Assembly: GCA_043228905.1 (NCBI GenBank) | Contig: JBHGNT010000012.1 | Coordinates: 3,162,001 to 3,226,000, forward strand | Source: Azolla caroliniana | Taxonomy: Eukaryota; Plantae; Polypodiophyta | Length of the DNA stretch: 64,000 nt | Direction of reading: 5' to 3' | Shown here: piece after piece, positions 24,248 through 35,561 of the stretch | Layout of the letters: each line of letters starts with the position of its first letter | Position numbering within the stretch: the first letter of the stretch is position 1 | Made by a program: the position numbers and the translations under genes | The notes under the pieces: generated by a model | What the model saw: the letters and a program-made list of their open reading frames with translations, nothing else | Told to the model about the DNA's origin: nothing | Database searches by the model: none

Positions 24248-25013
24248 TGTCGTGAAGGATTTGCTTCACGATATAAAAATAAATTTAAATATTGAATTTA
24301 GTAATATTTCAAACACTTGAACCTACAACCTTATAAGCCAAGCACAATGTATATACCACTAGGGTAGGCTATTTGTTTTTAGAAATGTTATCAAGAATGT
24401 GCTTCACTATATAAGAATCAACTTAAATATTGTATTAAGTAAAATTGAGGGACTTGAACCCTCAACCTTGTATATCAAGCACAAAGCATACACCACTAAG
24501 CTAGGTTATTTGTTTTAGGGTTATATCCATCATTATACTTATCCCAATACATGGGAGCTCAAATGAGCATGATGTCTATCATGCATCACATGCAATGCAT
24601 GTGCGCCAAATGGTGATCATGCATCAGATGTAACTCATGCATTACATGCATGCCATTACCATATGCATGGAAATACTTATAAAAAGAGGGGATAGGAAAA
24701 CAAAAGGGGATCAATCAAGGGAGAGAGGGAAAATAATACAATCAAGTAAAGAAGACTAGCTCATTGGGTGGAGAACCTCTCGTTTCGAAGTTGAGGTCGA
24801 GGGTTCAAATCAAGGGTCGGTATTGAAAAGATTCATCTTGCGATCAAGGATTGTAAAGTTGGTAAAATATTATATTTTTAATATACATCATGTTTATATC
24901 ATATACTCTTGTTCTTTGAATCATACTTTGTCTCAATCTTCTTTGTAGAATCATACTTTGTCTCAATCTTCTTTCTTGAATCATACATTGTCTCTATCTT
25001 TTATCTATGCTCG

Positions 25014-25091
<78 letters not shown>

Positions 25092-25227
25092 TACTTGTAA
25101 CTCTTCGTCTTACTATCCTTAACCATTCTATCATCACCATACAAGCCTTATTAAAACTTAAGTTTCTTCAACTCCCCTTAACCTTAGTCCCCGCGACTTC
25201 GCCGCACGAACCACAACTACCCCGACA
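24248..25227 (+). mobile_element. Non-coding TGTCG...CGACA element with CCGG TSD
   Basis: ccgg|tgtcgtgaag ... ccccgaca|ccgg. Contains tRNA-like modules, a TATA box and a (CT)n(CA)n microsatellite. Confidence 0.85.
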
Positions 25228-25504
25228 CCGGTTTAGGAAGGTGGCGTAAGAGGGGGGATAATGTCACATTCTAGACTCAAACCTCTGACTTTTAACACAC
25301 AGTACATTATATTGTATTAACCATATGGAAACTCCTGTGATTTGTCCACATTCAATTATGAACTTGTATATATTGTAGAGTCTAGTGTATAGGACATTCG
25401 AGAATATTCTAGTCGTTAGTATATTCTAGAATTATTCTGTGGTATATTCTAAAGGAGTATATTCTCGAGATATTCAATCTCAGAAATTGTATAAATACTT
25501 GTAA

Positions 25505-25953
25505 TGTTGAGAATCAAGCTCAACATAGTGCAATGTGAACACACCTTTTGAGAATCTATGATTACTCAAAGGTCAAGAGTCACACCACTACTCTCTACAC
25601 ATTAACTATGTGTCATAGAATCATATTCTATGACGCATAACTAATGAGTTACATATTCCCCATGACTATGAGTCTTCACATTTCTCAAGAGAGAGTGGTT
25701 GATGTAGTTAGTTAATAAAGAGAGAGGGTGACTATATATAAAGCACCCTCCTCATACTTCATACTAAGTCGGTTGTGACTCTTTGTAATGCTACATTTTG
25801 CATTTGCTATTCTACTTGTTAATATACACCTTCTTCATGAGTATTCCTTTTTCTATCTATCTTGTGTTCTCTCTTCTCTCCTCTAATTCCTCTCACACAT
25901 ACACATAACACACAATTCTTTCGCTACATACGAATCATACCCGATTCTTTACA
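25505..25953 (+). mobile_element. Solo LTR inserted in the 3' LTR of the 22874-26188 element
   Basis: Termini tgttgagaatc...gattctttaca. TSD tgtaa at 25500-25504 and 25954-25958. The sequence is absent from the partner LTR. Confidence 0.9.
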
Positions 25954-26459
25954 TGTAACATCCTTGGTCCCTTTCAAGGGATTCAACACTAGTCATTGAC
26001 ACATCAATCTAGTATTCTCGTTTTGCCTCATCTTTGTCTCCTTGATCTTTATTTCTATCTTCATGCCCTCATGTCGCTCACAACATCTAGAGTTCCTAGC
26101 CTCGTCACATCTAGCTCCAAGTTCATCCGTCACTCGTAGCCCCATCATCTGTGCTCCGTCCTAGTCCGCGCTTGGTCTATCTGTGACATAAGCCTCATAT
26201 TTATACCTTTTCCTTGGCCCCTTGAATAGATGTGCCTTTCTAAAAGGCCCTCCATTCATTTGTTGTCCAAATCATGATAGTGCATGCACCCATCATTCCT
26301 TCTATCCAATCACATTAGTCCCATTTTTAACATTAGCAAACATACCCTTCACTTATCATTTTAAATATTAGTGATCTACCCTCACCTATGTTATGTGTAA
26401 ATAACATACTCTCCTACTTCAAAAGATTGCACTCTTGCAATATAAAGTGAGGAAATTGT

Positions 26460-29400
26460 GCCTTAAGAGTATGCTCGTGTTCCCATATGCCATCATCAAT
26501 AGGTTTATCCATCCATTTTCAGATCTTGAATAGCCGAATCTCTTTAGAATGTAAACGTTTAGTATGAGAATCAAGAATTTTTTAAGGAACACGAGGTTTG
26601 TAAGAAAAATCCTCTAATGTTACAAGATTCTGAATTGTGATGGTGTTATCACCAGAGCCTAAAAATGGTTTTAGACGGCTGACATGAAAAACAGGATGAA
26701 TACCAATGTTACGGGGTAAGGAAAGGTGATAAGCAAATGACCCAACTCGCTTAAGGATTTAAAATGTGCCACAATATCGTGGGGCCAACTTAGCGCACTT
26801 GACCTAGACAATGGCGTGGAGTCAGTAGGGACAAGCATTTTTTTTTTGACCGATAGTAAATGGACGAGGACGTTTCTCCTGATCAACATAAAATCGAGCA
26901 TGATCTTGACCTGTCTTGACATTTTCTTTGGCAATATGCAACATTTGGTCCATGTCTTGCAAAAAATTGCATGTACTGTCTAATGTATCACGATGAATCG
27001 TGACATCGACTGGGGCACGTGGCTGAAAACCATACATCAACATAAAAGGACTATATCCAGTGGATGTATGTTTAGAGCTATTATAGGCAAATTCTAAGAC
27101 AGGAAGGTATTACTCCCACTTAGAAGGGGTTTTTGCTACATTAGCTTGAAGTATGTCCATAATAATTTGATTAACTCGTTTAGTTTGTCCATCAGATTGA
27201 GGATGATCCGCAGAACTCATGCTCAACGTAGTTTCTAGTTTCTTAAAGACTTGAGTCCAAAAGTCACTAGTAAACTTGGAATCTCGATCACTAACAATAT
27301 CCATCGGTAATCCATAAAAACGAAATAACTCATCAACAAATTGATAAGCCAATTGTTGAGCGGTTACCATGGGTTTGGTAGGAATAAATCTAGCCAATTT
27401 TGTTAGTCTGTCAACGACAACCCAAATGACATCATGAACCCTTTGTGTACGAGGTAAACTAACAATAAAATCCATAGATACTTTCCCATTTGTTGTTGGG
27501 AATATCTAAGGGATGTAAGAGACCAACAGCTTTAAGTCGTTCCGACTTATTAATCTGACATTGTAAGCATTGAGTTATGTATTTATGCATGCCAGAGAGC
27601 ATCTTAGGCCAGAAAAAAGTACTCGAGATGAGAACGAATGTGTGTTGTATTCTAGGATGACCAAGAGATGGCGCATCATGACATTCATGAAGAATTTTCT
27701 GTTTTATGTTTGGTAAATCTGGAACACAAACCTTTCCACTACGGTTGAACAAACTGTTTGTAATGTGAAAGGTCGCCTTCGAGGGTAGCGTGCTAGTAAC
27801 GGCATCTAAACCAGATTTGGCTTTCGTCCAGTATTTTGAGAAATAACTGTTATCAAGGTATTTCCCTCGAAGGTGATCTAAAAGATCAGATTTTATTTTT
27901 GTGAAGCTAAGCATGTTAACTTCTTTAATGCGACTAAGAGCATCTGCAACGGTGTTCATAGAACCCTTGCGATACTGTATGGAAAAATCAAATTCTTGCA
28001 TAAGGTCAACCCAACGGCCTTTACGACCAACAAGATCTGGCTGGTCACAAAAATAATTCAATGATTGATGGTCTGCTGTAACCACAAATTTATTTCCATA
28101 GAGATAGTGCCTCCATGTTTTAAGTGCATGTATTACCGCAAACAACTCTTTCTCTTGAACCGAATACCATGATTGAGTAGCATCAATCTTCTTACTTTCA
28201 AAAGCAATAGGGCGACTGCCTTGATAAATAATGACACCAATAGCATAATCACTAGCATCGGTTTCGATTGGGAAAGGCTTAGAAGGGTCCGGTAATAGAA
28301 GAGTGGGAGCCTGACACAAATGCTCTTTGAGTGTCTCAAATGATTTGTCAAGTTGTTTATTCCATGCAATTGGTTTGATAGACTTATGTGGATGACCTTT
28401 TAAAAGGACAGTTAATGGCGTAGTCAATTTGGAATAATTATGAATTGATTTTCGTAAAAATCCAAAAAACCCTAAGAATGATCGCAGTTCACAAATATTA
28501 TGAGGAATGGGCCAAAGTTTAACTTTTTCAATACGAGAAGGTTCAATTTCAATGCCATTTTCCGTAATTAAATGACCTAGGTACATAATAGATTTTTGGA
28601 AAAAATCACATTTTGAATGTTTTGCATAGAAAGAGTTGTCACGCTACTTTTGCAAAACAAATCGAACATGTTGAACATGATCTTGCAAGGTACAACTATA
28701 TATTAAAATATCATCCAAAAAGACGACAACAAAATCATCGAGTTGATCTCGGAAAACGTCATTCATCGCTTGTTGAAATGTTGCTGGAGCATTAGTCAAC
28801 CCGAAAGGCATGGCTAAAAACTCATAATGGCCATAGCACGTACGAAAAGCGGTTTTAGGAATATCATCCTCGGCAATGCCAATATGATGATAACCTGTTC
28901 ATAAGTCAATTTTCATAAAATATCGGTCCCCATGCAAACGATCAATCAAATCATTGACACGAGGTAACATGTATGCATTTTTAATTGTCATTTTATTCAA
29001 ACAGCGATAATTGATACACATTCGCCATGAACCTTCCTTCTTCTTAACTAATAGAACTGGCGCATCCCAAGGTGATTTACTATACCTAATGTGGCCCATA
29101 CTCAAGTATTCCTTAAGTTGTTTAGCGATCTCATTCTCTTCTAATCGACTAAGTCAGTAAGGTGGAATGCTCAAAGGAGCAGCACCGGGGATGAGTTCAA
29201 TTTGATGGTCCACATTACGTTTTGGTGGTAAATTAAGCGTCAATTCGTTAGGAAACACGTCTAAAATAGAGTCGAGTAATCGTTGTTCATAATGTGGTAA
29301 TTATGTGGCGTCAATATTAAAATAATAAAATTGAAGTGTAGGATCAATTACACACGAATTAATGAACTAGAATACTGACTTAAAGATTTAGAAGACACAA

Positions 29401-30771
29401 ATGAACGAGAAGGAAGTTCAGAACATTGAATAAAATGTTTACAATTATTACGTTCAAATGTGATTGAGTGATTAACCCAATCTATGGACAAAGAAGGGTT
29501 TTTATTAAAAAACCATGGGTATCCTTAAATGACATCTGTGGATTGTAGTTTCATAACATGAAAGTCAAGCTTGTCCAAATAGGTGTCTATTTGAATTAGC
29601 TATTGACAAACAATGCCACTGATGTATTGAACGCTTCCATTTGCCATGTGAACTTGATAGATATGATCACTTGTGTTTATGTGGAGTTCCATTTGCTACA
29701 CAAAGTGATCATTAGGAAAATTGTGAGAACTACTGGAATCAAACAAGAAATGTGCTTGTGTTCCATTGATATACCCGACTGCTCGGAGTAAATCATTAGG
29801 TCCAAGTAAATGTGAAGGAAAAGTGCATTTACATGAACTTAAGTGGTTGTTATGAACTTCAACAACATCAAAAGACTCACCCGTGTGACTCGTAGATTTG
29901 TCTTGAGGAGGGATGTTCATTGACCTCCTCTCAAGACGACAGGTATCCTTTGTGTGGCCTCGCTTCATGCAATATGCACAAAAGAGGTTCGGTTTCTAGG
30001 AGTCACGGTCAAGAGTGTCACTGGATTGCTTACGTTTCCCAATGAACTTGACATTTGGAGTTTTGGCGAACTCAGGTTTATTGTGGTCTTTCTTGGAAGT
30101 CCTATGGTACCGACCTACAATGTTGAGGGCTTCCTCGAAAGTTGTGGGCTCCTTGTCATGGACGATCCAATGGTAATCCTCATTGGGAATACCATTCAAA
30201 AAGCAAACAACAAACCATTTCTCACCCGTAAGTCTCGATTTTTAGGTCTGGGTCTGAGCATGATGCACATAATCCTCGAGAGAGGTAAATGACTTACTCG
30301 ACAACATGAGCAAGTGTTGCACTTGTTTAGTTTGAGAAGGTGGTTGCAAAAACTGTTTCTTAAAAACATCAACGAAACCTTCCCAAGTTGTGGGTAAGTT
30401 CTTTGCCGTCCTTAGGCCGCACCACCAAGTAGCAACTCGGCCACCTAACTCACGGCCGACATAACCAATTTTTACAACATCGGGGTTGGGGTGGAGCTGA
30501 AAGTGAGACTTCCAACGACCAAGCCAAGTGCTAATGACCTCCTCGGTTCTTTCTTTCTTATCTCCCTTGAATGGCGTTACTTGGATTCAATAGTCAATTC
30601 TTGGAATTTCTTTTTGAATGCCATATTGGCCTGCCTCATTTCGGCCAATTGTTTCAAGGTAGTAGTGAGCAATTGCTCAATAGTGATCTCAACTTGTGTG
30701 CGAGATGCGGATTGGAGTTGAGAGGTCTCAGTCGGAGAGATCGCTCCAATAGTGTTCAAAACTTGTTCCAT
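26460..30771 (-). pseudogene. Frameshifted gypsy gag-PR-RT-RH-INT-chromodomain
   Basis: Motifs [52 protein letters not shown], and a chromodomain-like ILDS...KWMDKPIDDGIWE. Confidence 0.9.
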
Positions 30772-33700
30772 GATGCAAGCTGTGGGTATGCAATATAATT
30801 AAGGAGGTTCATAAAATACACAAGCAAAATGAATGCTTGAAATTTTGATTGTAAGAACTTTACCAAGAAAGCATCTCACGTCTTTACCCCTCCTGACATA
30901 TCAGATGTGATTTGAGATCGGATAACTATGGTAACACTATGGTGTTTTAAAAACCATGAGGGAAAACTTAGCTAAGATGTCTTTCTCGGATCTCTATCTT
31001 GAATAATCATGGCAGCTCCCTGAGGCTCAACCATGGTTCTAACATTAACGTAGTTTCCTAGTTAGCCTTATATTAGAATGCCAACCCAACATGTATTGAT
31101 ATGGTCGAGAAAGTGTATTACGTGAAAAAACAAGTGCACTCGCAAGTAATATTCTAGTCTAGCAAGTAACAAGCAAATGTTATGATAAAAACGATAAAAT
31201 AAGGCCATGAGTTGAGTGTGTGCGATTAGTGCAAACACGCTCGTCCTGATGCACAATAATTAAAATCTTGGCATGGTAGAAAGTAGAAAGAAAGAAAATA
31301 AAATGTAATACAAATTTGATTCGACCAAGAAGAACACATCATAGAAAAGGAGAGAGAGATCGAGAAAGAAGAATACCGGGTTAAGAATGTTGTTTTGATC
31401 CTATGAAGAGCATGACGAGCCTTGTTAGATCCCCATCACTCACATGCAAAAAACATCAAAACAACAAAACAAAATGTTAGTAAATGCTCTGATAGCACTG
31501 TTAAGAGTCTATTACTAATCAATAGAAAACAACTAAAGTAAAAGAAGGAAAAAAGATTGGATAGAAGAACCCGTTCCACCCGACCACCCCCGAGCTATGA
31601 TCTAGACATAGCCAACCTACCACCGACGTCCCATACCGCCGGATATTAGGATGACTAATACCTTGCAAGAGATAAACATGATCGTCGTGAAGAAAGCCTA
31701 GCCTGCACCACCGGTGTCTAAGACAACAACCTTCCGACGTGATGTTCTTATGGGGGTAGATAAGCCTCATAATTATACCTTTTCCTAGGCCCCTTGAATA
31801 GATGTGCCTTTCTAAAAGGCTCTCCATTCATTGGTTGTCCAAATCATGATAGTGCATGCACCCATCATTCCTTCTACCAATCACATTAGTCCCCTTTTTA
31901 ACATTAGTGAACATACCCTTCACTTATGTAAATATTAGTGACCTACCCCCACCTACGTTATGTGTACATAACAGAACAATAGTCGAAAGGTCGGAAGGAC
32001 AAAGACAAAATTAGAATATGAAAAGGACGGAAATTAATATAATGTATTTTGCCAAGTATAAAATATAGTAAGTTAGTTATAGGCTAATTTTGTTGTAGTT
32101 CATGCTGAATAAGGCACGTGTAATCTTGGAAGAGAGATTCTCAGATCACCTATAAAAAGAGACCGGGACGGGAGTATTTGCTGTTTCGACTACATCGTGT
32201 CGTAAGTTTTTGTAGCTGTCTCTGTGTGGAATGTTCGAAACTTCAAGTATGGTCTCTGTTGCACAAGCTGTATTGCATCTAATAGTTGATCATAAGTATA
32301 TCATAGTAACTAGTTTGGGTGAAAAACTAGCGTCGATCAATCCATCTCTTCACCACAAATCTTTTGACAGAACGTTCAGAGTCTGTCATGATATGGCAAG
32401 ACTCGAACCCATGACCTTATGCTACATGGGTCGAGCTCTTGACCATCAGACTATACATTGTAATATGTAGAATATTATTTTCTTTTATATTTTATTATAG
32501 AAAATTGATGTATATTCCAGATTTCTCTGGAACAATCTAGAAACTTCAGGAGTATTCCTTAGAACACTATAAAAGGAGGGACAAGGCATTATTTCGAAGC
32601 AAATCGGTTCAACGCCAGTCTTAAGCCTCCTAGCTACTGTACATTTTCTTCACAGAATATATATCTTTTCTTATCATCACTGTCTCTCTCTCTCTCTCTC
32701 TCTCTCGATCTCTCTCTCCCTCCCTCTCACTCACTCTTTCCTTCTCTCGAGAGTTCTTCACCTCTCTTAGTACTAATACTTCTTTTAGTACTAATTCCTT
32801 CTCTGTCTTAGTACTGTTCCTAACAGTTTGAACCGATTTGGTCCTACCTTCCGTCTCTCTCATTTCCTACTAATCTCTTATTCCTCTTTTCTTTCATCCC
32901 ACTGTTAGCGCTGAAGAATATCAATCTGTTTTCTCGGAATTTCAATGCTTGAAAGAGAAGTTCCATGCTTCGGAACAAGAAAACCAACGGTTGCTGGGGG
33001 ATCTTCAACAAATCTCCTTAGAAAAGCAACAAACGCAACAACAGCATGGGGAACTTGCGTTACGCGTGCAACAACTCGAAGCAACCATCGTAGCGATGCA
33101 ACAACAAGGGCCCGGAACACGAGGGATTCATAAAGAACCCAAGATTGGCCTTCCCACGAAGTTCGATGGAACGCGATCGCAGTTGAGAGGGTTCCTTAAC
33201 CAAGTACGATTAGTTATTCAAATGCATCCTTCTTGATATCCCACCGATGCATCACGAGTGGGTTTAGTAGGCACTTTGTTAAGTGGCTCAGCGTTGGCAT
33301 GGTTCGCTCCACTATTGGAAAAGGAATCTCCGTTAGGGCACAATTTTGAAGAGTTTCTAGGTGAGTTTAAAGCATGTTTCGGAGATACTGACAACATCAG
33401 GACCGCAATCAACAAAATTCAGCGATTACGCCAAGGTGACCGTCCAGCCTCTGCATATGTTGCAGATTTTCGCCTACTCGCCGCTGATATCCCTTGGGAT
33501 GATCAAGCGTTGATGGAGCAATTCCGTTATGGTTTACGCAACGACGTCAAGGATTTACTCTTGACCTTCCCCGAAGAGCCAAAGTCCTTAACGGAAGCAA
33601 TCAGTCGCGCGGTGAGATGTGACAACCGCCTCTTTGAGCGACGTTCGGAACGACAGCTACAGATGCTGAGGGCAAGATCAGAGCCCACCTACACCTCAGT

Positions 33701-35561
33701 GGTAGCAAGACCTTTCCCGAGGGAGTCATATAATACGCCTCCAACGAATACTCCGACTCCGATGGAGATTGACACTACACGTCGTTGAGGGCCATTATCC
33801 GAAGAAGAAAAGCGGCGACGCCGTACAAATCGACTATGTCTTTACTGCGGTGGACCAGGACATATTGCAATAAATTTCCCCCATAGGCCAAGAAGACAGG
33901 TAAACCAAATAGTCGCTAGTTCTAATTGTACTAAACCTGAGCCTATTTCAGTAGGGATATTTGATAGTCCTAATAGTACTAATAGCCCAGATCTAGCGAA
34001 CAAATTTGATATCCTTAGTCAGTTAGAAGAAGAGTTAAACGACTAAGTCCAGCCAAAATAGGAGTCGTTTGGTTGGACAACCCTAGATCTGTGTAGCCCA
34101 TTAGTGGTTCCATTCCCTCTAAGCAAGTTAGTGATGTGTTCGTAGCCCAAGTAATAGTTAGTACTAAAAGTACCCCTCCAGTACATGTCCTAGCACTCCT
34201 AGATTTCGGAGCTAACTCTTGCTTTATGGATAAGAAATTTACTCAAGCTCATAAGATATCCCTAAGAAAACTCCAGTGTCCAGCCTCTGTAGTAGTCATT
34301 GATGGACGTCCCATTGCTTCCGGAAATATCATAGAAGAGTCAGAGCCCATTAATATTGTCCTAGATAACTTAGCATGTGTAGTATCATTTAATATTATTA
34401 GTATCCCAGAACATCCCATAGTTTTAGGATTGCCGTGGTTCGAGTTACATAACCCAGACATAGATTGGAGAATAAGAGAAATCCGGTGTCGACAAACCCA
34501 AGGGTCAACTCAGAAGATGGCAACCATTTCGCTACATCAGTTACGTAAAGAAGGGCTCAAGGAGGAGATGTTCCTTTTTGCAATATCAGTAAACCCCTCC
34601 AGCACCACTAAAGAAGAATCCACCGTTCAACTTCCCGAGAAGTATCGTCATTACGCCGATGTGTTCGATAAAGTACAAGCCAACACACTTCCTCATCATC
34701 GACCGTACGATTGCCCCATCGATTTACAACCGGGAAAAGAGCCGCCATGGGGACCGATCTACAATTTGTCACCAACCGAGCTGGAAGTCCTTCGGGCCTA
34801 TATAGAGGAGAATTTGGAAAATGGTTTCATTCGACATTCGAAATCTCCAGCCGGTGCGCCCATTTTCTTCGTCAAGAAAAAGGATGGATCGCTTCGTCTC
34901 GTTGTAGATTACCGTGGCTTGAATAAGGTTACAATCAGGAATAGGTATGCTCTTCCCTTTATCTCAAGTCTTTTAGAACGGATCAATGGTGCCAGGTTCT
35001 TCACGAAGATCGACTTACGGGGAGCATATAACCTCGTACGGATCCGACCAGGAGACGAATGGAAGACCGCGTTTCACACCAGATATGGGCACTTCGAGTA
35101 TACGGTCATGCCGTTCGGCCTCACTAATGCGCCGACAGTCTTCCAGCACATGGCTAATGATATATTCCGAGATCTATTGGATGATTGTTTGATCATCTAT
35201 TTGGATGATCTACTGGTTTATTCAAAGACCCAAGAAGAACATGATTCTCATGTACTATTAGTACTAAAACGACTTTGAGAACATGGTCTGTATGTAAAGC
35301 TGGAAAAATGTAGTTTCGGGTGCAACCAAGTGGAATTTCTCGGCTACATCATTTCGTCAGAAGGCATCTCCATGGACCCAGCTAAGGTCAAAACAGTGGT
35401 AGAATGGCAGACTCCGCGTTCGGTGCGGGATGTGCAATGCTTCCTAGGCTTTGCCAATTTTTACCGGAAGTTCATACAAGATTACTCAAAGATCGTTCTA
35501 CCTCTCACACAACTTACCAGGAAGGGACAACCGTTCATCTGGTCTGAAGAAATGGACATGG

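Larger units (their letters stand above)
22874..26188 (+). mobile_element. Non-autonomous Tcn1-like chromovirus deletion derivative (TRIM/LARD-like)
   Basis: LTRs 22874-23365 and 25262-26188. TSD taagc. PPT aagaggggggataa before 25262. Chromodomain remnant QYLVFWKGY...EVV*DFHQQYP near 24140-24245. Confidence 0.9.
22619..31973 (-). mobile_element. Ty3/gypsy chromovirus with tRNA-iMet-type PBS, decayed
   Basis: 5' LTR 31499-31973; 3' LTR 22619-26406, interrupted. TSD gaaca on both sides. PBS 31486-31497 (one mismatch to tggtatcagagc). PPT next to 26406. Confidence 0.9.
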
